64,000 nucleotides of DNA, taken from Candidatus Planktophila sp. (GTDB taxonomy: Bacteria > Actinomycetota > Actinomycetes > Nanopelagicales > Nanopelagicaceae). The stretch is from assembly GCA_037624245.1 (NCBI GenBank), contig JASJJO010000004.1:1908-65907 (forward strand), given 5' to 3'. Of the stretch, positions 28,074-37,400 are shown one piece after another (position 1 is the first letter of the stretch; the number at the start of each line of letters is the position of its first letter). The translations under genes were made by a program, and so were the position numbers. A model generated the notes under the pieces. It saw only the letters and a program-made list of their open reading frames with translations. It did not search any database and was not told the DNA's origin.

Positions 28074-28877
28074 CTACCCATCTACTTTCAGAGCTTGCAC
28101 CACATAATCATGGATCGATGCATTCGTTGAGAGACCATTGCCACCCAGTGAACCATCGACTCCATCGAGGTTTGTAAATCTTCCACCCGCTTCGCGAACG
28201 ATAATATCGAGAGCTGCCATATCCCAGAGAGCAAGAGAAGGTTCAGCTGCTATCTCAACGGCGCCTTCGGCAACGAGCATATGAGACCAAAAATCACCGT
28301 GTGCTCGTGTGCGCCATGCCTGGCGGAGTAAGGTTTCAAATGCTTTCAGGCGTTGACCCCAGCCTATGAAATCAGAGTGAGAAATAGATGCATCTTCAAT
28401 CCTTGCAACGGATGAGACGTTAATCCTCTTCGGAACTTCGTGGTTGACGATGACAAACGCCCCGCCTCCTTCAAATGCGTACCATCTACGAAAGAGAGCA
28501 GGAGCGCTGACAACACCAACCACAACTTTCTCCGCTCCATCTTCTGATCTTTCAATAAGTCCAATTAGCGTTGCCCAGGTAGGAACTCCGCGGAGAAAAT
28601 TCTTTGTTCCATCGATAGGATCGATTACCCAGTAGCGCTGCTTCTCGATTCCTTCAGTTCCAAACTCTTCACCCACAATTCCATCTTCAGGTTTATGAGC
28701 GCGCAAGAGTGAACGAATGGCATCTTCTGCTGATTTATCAGCATCTGTTACAGGGGTGTTATCTGGTTTCGTTGCAATGCTGAGATCAATCGCCTGATAG
28801 CGCGCAAGAGTAATTGCATCGGCTGCATCGGCTAAACGATGCGCCAGAGCGAGATCTTCACCTCGGCGTGTACTCAT
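28074..28877 (-). CDS. Inositol monophosphatase family protein (possibly histidinol-phosphatase HisN)
   Basis: 267 aa. IMPase motifs EE.G, WVIDPIDGTKNF and WDMAAL. HisN versus another IMPase paralogue cannot be resolved by eye. Confidence 0.7.
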   Translation of the reverse strand: MSTRRGEDLALAHRLADAADAITLARYQAIDLSIATKPDNTPVTDADKSAEDAIRSLLRAHKPEDGIVGEEFGTEGIEKQRYWVIDPIDGTKNFLRGVPTWATLIGLIERSEDGAEKVVVGVVSAPALFRRWYAFEGGGAFVIVNHEVPKRINVSSVARIEDASISHSDFIGWGQRLKAFETLLRQAWRTRAHGDFWSHMLVAEGAVEIAAEPSLALWDMAALDIIVREAGGRFTNLDGVDGSLGGNGLSTNASIHDYVVQALKVDG

Positions 28878-28886
28878 AGAGCCAGT

Positions 28887-29897
28887 CTAACGCTCCTCAT
28901 CCGTAGCCTTGACTTCTAATAACGATTGCAAACTTGTGACTCTAATCAATCGCTCGGATTTAAGTGCAAGATCGGATTCAATCCACAGATTGAGCGCGCA
29001 GCCGGATTCATTGTGAGAACAGTTAGGCATGCAGGTCTGGGTGATCTGATAGACATCAGGGAAAGATTCGATGACCCGTTCTTTATTTAAGTGCGAAAGA
29101 CCAAAGGCGCGAATACCTGGAGTATCAATAATCCACCCACCATTAATCAGCGGTAGCGCTATTGCGCTAGAAGATGTGTGGCGCCCGCGTCCTGTGACAT
29201 CGTTGACGACACCTGTTAGCCGTTCAGCATCGGGCACCAGTTCATTAATAAGCGTTGATTTACCAACACCAGAATGGCCAACAAGCACTGAGATTTTCTC
29301 ATCCAGAACTTCGAGCAGTGATGCGATATCAGTATTTCGTGATGCGCCCTTAGACGAGGTTGAGATGATATCTACGCCGAGTGCTTTGTATTCTTGGATA
29401 AAATCTGGAATCGGTGAAACATCTACTTTGGTCACGATAATAATGGGTTTGATGGATTCGTGAAATGCGCTAACTAGAAATCGATCGATTAAACCTCTTC
29501 GTGGTTCAGGGTTAGCAGATGCCACAACAATGAGAAGTTGATCAATATTGGCAACAATGGTGCGTTCAACACGGGCTGCGTCATCGACGGTTCTACTTAG
29601 AGAATTGGTGCGTTCATTGACTGAAACAATTCGCGCAAGAGATCCTTCGCTGCCGGTGACATCGCCAACTATCTCAACGAGATCTCCAACTACAACTGAC
29701 TTGGGACCAAGCTCGCGCGCTTTCATAGCGGTAATAACAACGCCATCATCTGTGACGCATGTTGTGCGTCCACGATCTACCGTTGTGACAAATGCTGTAA
29801 TTGAATCAGCATGTGCTGGCCGATCTTTAGTGCGTCTACGTGTTGTGCGCGATGGGCGAATCCGGGCATCGCTTTCGTCGTATTCGCGTGGACTCAT
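28887..29897 (-). CDS. rsgA: Ribosome small-subunit-dependent GTPase A
   Basis: 336 aa. Circularly permuted GTPase (VTKVD before GHSGVGKSTLIN), C-terminal zinc finger C..C.H....C. Confidence 0.9.
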   Translation of the reverse strand: MSPREYDESDARIRPSRTTRRRTKDRPAHADSITAFVTTVDRGRTTCVTDDGVVITAMKARELGPKSVVVGDLVEIVGDVTGSEGSLARIVSVNERTNSLSRTVDDAARVERTIVANIDQLLIVVASANPEPRRGLIDRFLVSAFHESIKPIIIVTKVDVSPIPDFIQEYKALGVDIISTSSKGASRNTDIASLLEVLDEKISVLVGHSGVGKSTLINELVPDAERLTGVVNDVTGRGRHTSSSAIALPLINGGWIIDTPGIRAFGLSHLNKERVIESFPDVYQITQTCMPNCSHNESGCALNLWIESDLALKSERLIRVTSLQSLLEVKATDEER

Positions 29898-31174
29898 ATA
29901 GCCAAACTATTCCAGAGACCAGGAAAATCAGTCAGTGTTTTGCGAGTTGTCGCTACATTTTCGATAAGAAGATTAGGCACAACGAGTCCAATAACAGCCC
30001 CGGCCGTTGCTAGCCGATGGTCTTCGTAGGTGTGAAAGATGCCCCCGTGAAGGGGGGCTGGAGTGATGTGAAGAGCTGTCTCTTCTTCAACAACGGCACC
30101 ACCCAGGCTATTAATTTCACGAGTAAGAGCTGCAAGGCGATCTGTTTCATGAAGGCGTAGATGGCCAATACCGCGAAGGTGGGATGGTGAATCTGCAAGG
30201 GCAGCAAGGGCTGCAATAGAAGGAGTCAACTCTCCGACATCATGGAGGTCAATATCAATTCCATGAATTGATTCACCGCCAGTAAGAGTAAGGCCACCGG
30301 AAGTGAACTGCACATCTGCGCCCATTTGTGTAAAAATTTGGCGGAGTTGATCACCAGGTTGGGTTGTCTGCTTGGGCCAATCTGTAATAGTGATACTTCC
30401 ACCGCAGACCATTGCAATAGATAAGAAGGGCGATGCATTTGATAAATCAGGTTCAATTCTCAGATCTAATCCATGCAAGGTACCTGGCTCAACTCTCCAA
30501 CTTTGTGCGCTTTTATCAACATGGACATTTGCACCAAATTCGCGGAGCATCTGCACAGTCATATCGATATGTGGCATAGATGGAAGGGGACCTCCACGAT
30601 GGTGTGCAGTAATTCCATTTGTCATACTTGGCGCTATAAGAAGTAGCGCCGACAAGAATTGGCTTGATGCGCTTGCATCAATTGTCAGTGCGCCTCCTGG
30701 TATTACACCGTGTGCCTTAATAACCATCGGCAAGCTGTAACGGCCACCGTGGTCTATCTCAATACCCAACTCTTCAAGAGCTTTGATAACCGGCGTAAGT
30801 GGTCGCTCATAGGAGCGAGGGTCACCATCAAATGAAATATCTCCGTGAGCAAGGGCTGCTAGGGGTGGAAGAAAACGCATTACGGTTCCGGCATTTCCTA
30901 CATCAATTACTGCAGGCCCTTGAAGTGGGGCTGGATTTACAACCCACCTTTCATCGGCCTGCGTGATTGAAATTCCAAGTGAGCGCAATCCTTGCAACAT
31001 CAATTCGGAGTCGCGAGAAATTAGCGGACGATGAAGAATTGTTGGAGAAGCTGCTTGAGAAGCCAGAATCAGAGCTCGATTTGTTACTGATTTGGATCCG
31101 GGAATTCTCGCACTGCTCTGTATCGGTACACGACCACGAAAGGGCGCTGGCCAGAGATCGTGTGCATCGGACAT
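29894..31174 (-). CDS. aroA: 3-phosphoshikimate 1-carboxyvinyltransferase (EPSP synthase)
   Basis: 426 aa. PGSKSVTNRALILA, GNAGTVMRFL, and the HETDRLAAL and DHRLATA motifs. Confidence 0.95.
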   Translation of the reverse strand: MSDAHDLWPAPFRGRVPIQSSARIPGSKSVTNRALILASQAASPTILHRPLISRDSELMLQGLRSLGISITQADERWVVNPAPLQGPAVIDVGNAGTVMRFLPPLAALAHGDISFDGDPRSYERPLTPVIKALEELGIEIDHGGRYSLPMVIKAHGVIPGGALTIDASASSQFLSALLLIAPSMTNGITAHHRGGPLPSMPHIDMTVQMLREFGANVHVDKSAQSWRVEPGTLHGLDLRIEPDLSNASPFLSIAMVCGGSITITDWPKQTTQPGDQLRQIFTQMGADVQFTSGGLTLTGGESIHGIDIDLHDVGELTPSIAALAALADSPSHLRGIGHLRLHETDRLAALTREINSLGGAVVEEETALHITPAPLHGGIFHTYEDHRLATAGAVIGLVVPNLLIENVATTRKTLTDFPGLWNSLAI

Positions 31175-31216
31175 ATGCGAAGTCTATCTCTATGCCGCCA
31201 GCATAGGATTGGCTAT

Positions 31217-31939
31217 ATGTGCGGCAGATATGTGCAGAGTTTAGATGCGCAAGAGATAGTTCAATCCTTTGAATTGGCTGGATCGACCTTGGATCAATCA
31301 CTGCCACTGAATTGGAATATTGCTCCCACCAATGACATCTACATCATTCGCAATGAAGCTGATTCAAGAATTCTCGACTCTGCTTCGTGGGGAATTATTG
31401 CTCCCTGGCAGAAAAATTATGTCGATGCCCGGGCGTCGCAATCCCATGCAATTAATGCTCGTAGCGAATCTATCCATGAAAAACCAACATTCAGACATGC
31501 CTTTCGAACATCACGTTGTTTGATTCCGGCAACGGGATATTACGAATGGGCAACATCGCTAGGAAAATATGCTCCAAAGCAACCGTTCTATATTTCCAAT
31601 AAAGATGGAGAAGAACTGTCTATAGCTGGAATTTGGAGTTCATGGCAGAGCGAAAAGGGCGTAGTCATTCAAAGCGCTGCAATCATTACGCGCGAAGCAG
31701 TGGGAGAGTTAGCAACAATTCATAGTCGGATGCCTGTTTTCATGCCGATCGATCGCTGGATTCCATGGCTTGATCCTCAAGCTCGCGATATTAACCGCTT
31801 GATAAAGATGATGGATATAGCAGTACCCGATGCTGGTCTTATTGCAACGCCCATCTCGAATCGTGTAAACGTTGTGGCGAACAATGGCCCTGAATTAATT
31901 ATCCCCATTGAACTTGGGGCCCCTGAAACTCTCTTTTAA
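31217..31939 (+). CDS. SOS response-associated peptidase (SRAP/YedK, abasic-site crosslinking protein)
   Basis: Starts MCGRY, with the obligatory Cys2 nucleophile, which fixes the start at 31217 rather than the track 31160. Also NIAPT and PATGYYEW motifs. Confidence 0.9.
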   Translation: MCGRYVQSLDAQEIVQSFELAGSTLDQSLPLNWNIAPTNDIYIIRNEADSRILDSASWGIIAPWQKNYVDARASQSHAINARSESIHEKPTFRHAFRTSRCLIPATGYYEWATSLGKYAPKQPFYISNKDGEELSIAGIWSSWQSEKGVVIQSAAIITREAVGELATIHSRMPVFMPIDRWIPWLDPQARDINRLIKMMDIAVPDAGLIATPISNRVNVVANNGPELIIPIELGAPETLF

Positions 31940-31995
31940 AGTGCCACCTCTTGCAAGAAGTTGCGCCACTGCGCAGTTGATATAGCCTTACTTCA

Positions 31996-32610
31996 ATGAG
32001 TTCCAAGGATCTAGTCCTCGAGAGCGCTTCCGATCGCACCGTTCGGTTCGAGCGCGATGCTTTGGTTTTCACAAATCAGCTCTACGCTGCAGCGCTTCGG
32101 TATACAAAGAATCCAGAAGACGCTCGCGATTTAGTTCAAGATACCTATCTCAAAGCCTTCTCTTCATTTCATCAATTTGAGGAAGGCACCAATCTTCGCG
32201 CTTGGCTTTACAGGGTCTTAACGACAACCTTTATTAATACATATCGCAAAGGTCAGCGTCAGCCACAAATTGCACATAATGAATTAGAAGAGTGGCAAGT
32301 CGCAGAGGCGCAATCACACACAAGCGATCAAGGAAAATCTGCAGAGCAAGAGGCTCTAGAAAATCTTCCCGATAGTGATATTAAACGCGCCTTACATGAG
32401 ATTCCAGAAGATTTTCGTATCGTTGTCTACCTCGCTGATGTCGAGGGCTTCTCCTATAAGGAGATTGCAGAGATAGTTGGCGCGCCAGCAGGAACAGTGA
32501 TGTCACGCCTTCATCGCGGCCGAAAGCAACTTCGCGAAAAACTAGCGAGCTATGCAGAAAGTCTCGGCTATTCAACGAATGCTCCTAGCAAGAAGGGGGG
32601 CAGAGAATGA
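31996..32610 (+). CDS. sigH: ECF sigma factor, SigH/SigR type
   Basis: 204 aa. Region 2 ([23 protein letters not shown]) and region 4 ([23 protein letters not shown]). Directly followed, with a 4-nt overlap, by a ZAS anti-sigma factor. Confidence 0.85.
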   Translation: MSSKDLVLESASDRTVRFERDALVFTNQLYAAALRYTKNPEDARDLVQDTYLKAFSSFHQFEEGTNLRAWLYRVLTTTFINTYRKGQRQPQIAHNELEEWQVAEAQSHTSDQGKSAEQEALENLPDSDIKRALHEIPEDFRIVVYLADVEGFSYKEIAEIVGAPAGTVMSRLHRGRKQLREKLASYAESLGYSTNAPSKKGGRE

Positions 32611-33002
32611 GTTTTATTGAAATTCAATGTGGGGATGTTCTCTCTTCTGTGATCTTCATTATTGAAGGCGAGCTCGAGCAGATTCCTCAGGCGAAGGCGA
32701 TTGAGTCTCACCTCACGACCTGTACGCCATGTGCGGCTGAAATAGAACATGAGCGTCTGATGCACCAGATGCTTCAACACGTTTTACAACGTTCATGTGA
32801 TGAAAAGGCCCCCGAGGATCTTCATCAGAGTATCCATCGACAGCTTCGCGCCCAGATGGCAGGCGGCGCATCAACTGAGGTCGTCACATCCTTTAGCATG
32901 ACTGAGATATCAATTGAGATTGATGAGTTCGGCAATGTTGAACATCGCGAAATTCAAATAGAACAGACTCATATCCAGCACTTTATCGACGAAGAAGACT
33001 AA
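32607..33002 (+). CDS. rshA: Zinc-associated (ZAS) anti-sigma factor, RsrA/RshA type
   Basis: 131 aa. Cys8 plus H-x3-C-x2-C (HLTTCTPC), with spacing like RsrA C11/H37/C41/C44. Has an acidic C-terminal extension. Confidence 0.75.
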   Translation: MSFIEIQCGDVLSSVIFIIEGELEQIPQAKAIESHLTTCTPCAAEIEHERLMHQMLQHVLQRSCDEKAPEDLHQSIHRQLRAQMAGGASTEVVTSFSMTEISIEIDEFGNVEHREIQIEQTHIQHFIDEED

Positions 33003-33012
33003 TCTTCAAAGC

Positions 33013-33417
33013 ATGAAACCTGCAGAAGACCTCCTAGGGGCCGTTGGCTTCTCAGTCATGACTGCTCGTCCTGGTGACACATGCGTCACGATGGGTGTTT
33101 CAGATCTTCCAGTTGTAGCGCCATCACATTATTTAACGCTGATGGAGAGCGCCTGCGTTACCGCACTCTCTGAATATCTTGATTCAGGAGAGACTACTTT
33201 TCTGACACGCTCATCTCTTGAGATTCTGGGATCAGCTGTTGCAGGCGTTGAGGTCAGAGCAAATGCGAGAGTAACTAGCGTTGACGGTCGTGAGTTAACT
33301 TTTTCGTGCGAGGTATTTGATGGCGATCGAATTCTGGCGAGAGCGGAAATTACAAGAGCGACAGTCAAGCGAATATCCTTCCTCGCTCGAACTGCCGCTC
33401 AATCACTCATTAGTTAG
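33013..33417 (+). CDS. Hotdog-fold thioesterase (FlK-like family)
   Basis: 134 aa. The pattern ...LMESACVTAL...VGSAVAGVEVRANARVTSVDGRELTFSCEVFD... resembles FlK-like hotdog thioesterases. Confidence 0.6.
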   Translation: MKPAEDLLGAVGFSVMTARPGDTCVTMGVSDLPVVAPSHYLTLMESACVTALSEYLDSGETTFLTRSSLEILGSAVAGVEVRANARVTSVDGRELTFSCEVFDGDRILARAEITRATVKRISFLARTAAQSLIS

Positions 33418-33433
33418 GGAGTGATGTAAGAAC

Positions 33434-33832
33434 TTATGCCTTCTTGGTTGCCCAGAAGATTTCTGCTATTTCGTCAATCTTTGCAATGAGCTGATCTGCA
33501 ACCTTTACATCTTGAGTGCCCTTTGTGCCCGCAGCACCTGCAAGCTTTGTTGCATCATTAAAGAGTGCGTGCAACTGAGGGTATGCCTCAAAGTGTGGCG
33601 CCTTGAAGTAATCAGTCCAGAGAACCCAGAGGTGCTCCTTTACCTGATGTGAACGCTCTTCTTTAATTGCAACAGAGCGTGAGCGGAAATCAGCATCAGT
33701 ATTTGCTGCATATTTTTCCATGCATGCCTTTACTGAGAGCGCTTCAATCTTTGCTTGTGCTGGGTCATAAACGCCGCAAGGAAGGTCGCAGTGAGCTAGG
33801 ACAGTAATTTTAGGTGTAAGAATTTTTCTCAT
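33434..33832 (-). CDS. sodN: Nickel-containing superoxide dismutase precursor
   Basis: The Ni-hook HCDLPCGVYDP follows a 13-aa propeptide (MRKILTPKITVLA) if the start is at 33832. The track ORF extends to 33868. Adjacent to the sodX maturation protease gene. Confidence 0.9.
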   Translation of the reverse strand: MRKILTPKITVLAHCDLPCGVYDPAQAKIEALSVKACMEKYAANTDADFRSRSVAIKEERSHQVKEHLWVLWTDYFKAPHFEAYPQLHALFNDATKLAGAAGTKGTQDVKVADQLIAKIDEIAEIFWATKKA

Positions 33833-33847
33833 GTGCACGAGACTACT

Positions 33848-33880
33848 CCAGCCTCTAGGAATCTGCATCCTCGAGGCTGG
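33848..33880. promoter_or_regulatory. Inverted repeat in the sodN/sodX divergent region (operator or 5'-UTR hairpin)
   Basis: CCAGCCTC (33848-33855) / GAGGCTGG (33873-33880) is a perfect 8-bp repeat with an inner AGGA/TCCT pair. It overlaps the GGAG SD candidate of sodN (33846-33849, minus strand). Confidence 0.3.
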
Positions 33881-33897
33881 CAGATAGAATTACCGGT

Positions 33898-34227
33898 ATG
33901 TCTAAGTACGCATCGATGGTCATTGAGGGCGACTCAATGGAACCCACCTATAACGCTGGTGACTGGCTAATGGGTCGGTGGGCTGATTATCGCCTGACGG
34001 GTATGAGGCGAATAAAGGTGGGCGATGTTGTCGTTATTGAACGAGATGAACAACCTGGAATCTTCTATGTGAAGCGAGTGAGTGAAACTCGTTTCACAGA
34101 GGAGCATCTTCCATCAATTTATTTATTGAGTGATAATCCTTCAGGGACGGATTCGCGTCAATGGGGATGGCTTCCAATTACAAGTGTTCGCGCGAAAATT
34201 GAATTTAGGATGAAGCGAGCTCGTTAA
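33898..34227 (+). CDS. sodX: Ni-SOD maturation protease (S26 signal-peptidase-like)
   Basis: 109 aa. GDSMEPT Ser motif and a YVKRV Lys region. Divergent from sodN. TAGAAT ends 8 nt before the ATG. Confidence 0.85.
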   Translation: MSKYASMVIEGDSMEPTYNAGDWLMGRWADYRLTGMRRIKVGDVVVIERDEQPGIFYVKRVSETRFTEEHLPSIYLLSDNPSGTDSRQWGWLPITSVRAKIEFRMKRAR

Positions 34228-34493
34228 AGAGATGCAAGCTTCTCTTTAACTGCTATTACCGATGGATTGGTAAGTGCGCTTCCATCTGAGAAGAGAAGAG
34301 TTGGGACAATGCGATTGCCTCCATTGACCTGCTCTACAAAGGCTGCAGCGCCAAGATCTTCTTCGGCATCTATCTCTTGAAAAGTAATTCCTACTTCAGC
34401 GAGTTGGCTTTTCAATCGCTTGCAGTAACCACACCAGACAGTACTGAACATGACAAACTCTTGGCTAGAAAGTGCGGGCGCCACGAAACTCAT
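34224..34493 (-). CDS. mrx1: Mycoredoxin (glutaredoxin-like, CGYC active site)
   Basis: 89 aa. WCGYCKRLK ... VNGGNRIVPTLLFSDGSALTNPS parallels M. tuberculosis Mrx1 (WCGYC ... VNGGNRTVPTVKFADGSTLTNPS). Its ATG overlaps the kgd TGA. Confidence 0.85.
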   Translation of the reverse strand: MSFVAPALSSQEFVMFSTVWCGYCKRLKSQLAEVGITFQEIDAEEDLGAAAFVEQVNGGNRIVPTLLFSDGSALTNPSVIAVKEKLASL

Positions 34494-37400
34494 CGCATGA
34501 ACGCTTCAATAAGTAGAGCTTTTGCTTCATCCTCATGCAAGTGGTGATTACCGGTTGCTGGAGATGCTGCAGCGCGACGTGAGACACGACGCAGAACTCG
34601 AGCATCAACTGCAGTTCCACCAATAACTTCGGTAGTACTGAGTGCAACATGCGGCCAAGAACCTTGATTTGCAGGTTCATCTTGAACCCAGAGCAAGTTT
34701 GCTTTTGGATGCTTCTTCGCTTCAACTTCCATCTGCGCTACAGGAAGTGGATAGAGGCGTTCTACGCGAACTATTGCAGTGCTGCTGTCATTAAGGCGGG
34801 CGCGCTCTGCAACAAGATCGTGGTAAATCTTTCCTGAACAGAAGATTACGCGGGACGCATTGGTAACTGTTGTATCACCGATAACTGGAAGGAATGTTCC
34901 AGAGGTGAAATCACTGATTGACGATGCCGCAGCTTTTAGGCGCAACATTGATTTAGGCGTGAAGACAACCATTGGGCGACGCTTTGGATTTGCTGCGTGG
35001 AAACGGAGTAAGTGGAAGTAAGAGGCAGGCGTTGATGGTTGAGCCACGGTCATATTCTTCTCAGCACAGAGTGCAAGAAAGCGTTCGATGCGAGCTGATG
35101 AATGATCTGGCCCTTGACCTTCGTAGCCATGAGGAAGTAGCAGCACAACAGATGAACGCTCGCCCCATTTCTGTAGAGCAGATGAGACAAATTCATCGAT
35201 AATTATTTGAGCGCCATTGGCGAAATCGCCGAACTGGCCTTCCCAAAGAACTAGCGCATCTTCTCGAACTACCGAATACCCATACTCAAATCCCATTGCA
35301 GCATATTCACTGAGCAATGAGTCGATGATAAAGAATTGATTTTCATCAGAAATTAGTGAGCGCAGCGGAATCCACTCGCTGCCATTCTCTTTATCAATAA
35401 TGACTGCATGGCGATTTGAGAAAGTTCCACGCCGTGAATCTTGGCCTGCTAAGCGAATTGGCCGTCCCTCTTTGAGCAAAGAACCGAAGGCGAGCATTTC
35501 ACCTGTAGACCAATCAATAGTTGCGTCATTGATTGACTCCGCACGCTTTTGAAGTTGCGGCAGAAGTTTTGGATGCACGTTGAAGCCTTCAGGAATTGCT
35601 ACTTGCGTGGCAGCAATCTCGCGCACCAACTGCTCAGAAATAAATGTAGGAACATCTTCGGCGTTGGGAACAATTGATGGAATAAAGTTTGGATCGCGCT
35701 CATCTTGGTAATTGGCAACAGAGGCATATACATCCTCGAGTTGTGCCTGGTAATCACGTGCAATTTCATCAGCCTGGGCTGGTGTGATATCGCCACGACC
35801 GACGAGAGCTTCAGTGTAGAGAGTTCGAGTAGAACGCTTTGAATCGATGAGTTTGTACATCAGTGGCTGAGTAAAGCTTGGCTCATCACCTTCATTATGT
35901 CCACGACGTCGGTAACAGACCATATCGATGACTACATCTTTATTAAATTTCTGACGATAGTCGAAGGCAAGGCGAGCAATACGAACACAAGCTTCAGGGT
36001 CATCGCCATTAACGTGGAAAACTGGTGACTCAATTAACTTGGCGATATCTGTTGAGTAGCGCGATGAACGTGATGCATCCGGCGATGTCGTAAAGCCAAC
36101 CTGGTTATTGACGACTACATGGATTGTTCCACCTGTGCGATAACCCGGTAGTTGCGAAAGTTGCAGCGTTTCGGCATTAACGCCTTGTCCTGCAAAGGAT
36201 GCATCTCCGTGAAGCAGAATAGGAAGGACCGAATAGGCGCCCTTTGTATTTAGGCGATCTTGCTTTGCGCGAACGATTCCTTCAAGAACAGGATTAACTG
36301 CTTCAAGGTGAGATGGGTTAGCAGCAAGATAAATATTTGTTGTGGCTCCAGATTCAGCAATGAATACACCGTGAGTTCCTAGGTGGTACTTCACATCTCC
36401 TGAACCTTGAATTTCGTTCTCTTTGTAATGACCTTGGAACTCTTGGAAAATTTGTCCAACCGATTTACCAGCGATATTTGCGAGCATATTAAGGCGCCCA
36501 CGGTGAGGCATTCCGATACAGACTTCATCAAGTCCACTCTCGGCCGCTGCTGAAACAATCGCATCAGTTAATGGAATGACAGATTCGCCACCTTCGAGAG
36601 AGAAGCGCTTTTGTCCGACGAACTTTGTCTGCAAGAAGGATTCAAATGCCTCAGCGCTATTGAGTTTGCGCAAGATACGAAGTTGCTCTTCGCGTGGAGT
36701 CAGCGGTATGCCGATTTCAATATGTTCTTGAATCCATATGCGTTCGGCTGGGACTGAGATATGCATGTATTCAATACCAACTGAACGGCAGTAAGAGTCA
36801 CGAAGAATTCCAAGAATTTTACGTAGTGGAAGGAAACTCTTTCCACCGAATCCACCTGTTGCAAATTCACGGTCAAGATCCCAGAGCGTAAGTCCATGAG
36901 TGACTACATCGAGATCTGGATGAGTGCGCTGAACATAGACGAGCGGATCAATATCGGCCATGAGGTGACCCCATGTGCGATATGCATGAATAAGCTGCTG
37001 AACTCGTGCAGTCTTATCAATCTCTTCTTCTTTTGTTACTGCAAAGTCAACGGCCCAATGAATTGGCTCGTAAGGAATACGCAGCGCGGTAAAGATTTCA
37101 CTATAGAAGTTCTCTTCACCAAGTAATAATTGGTGAATACGGCGCAAGAAATCACCAGATTGCGCACCCTGAATAACTCGGTGATCGTAGGTACTAGTCA
37201 ATGTAATGACTTTACTAATTGCCATGCGAGCCAACATCTCTTGGCTCGCACCTTGGAATTCAGCTGGATAATCCATGGCGCCAACGCCAATGATGAGACC
37301 TTGACCTTGTACAAGGCGCGGAACAGAGTGAACTGTTCCGATAGTTCCAGGGTTTGTCAGTGAGACTGTGGTTCCTGCGTAATCTTCAACTGTGAGCGCA

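Noticed and set aside
33833-33868. The longer sodN ORF start (MQIPRGWSSLVH...).
   Set aside because: Ni-SOD precursors normally carry a propeptide of about 14 aa before the His of HCDLPCG. The internal Met at 33832 gives 13 residues and has a GGAG upstream. This remains unproven; see the palindrome finding.
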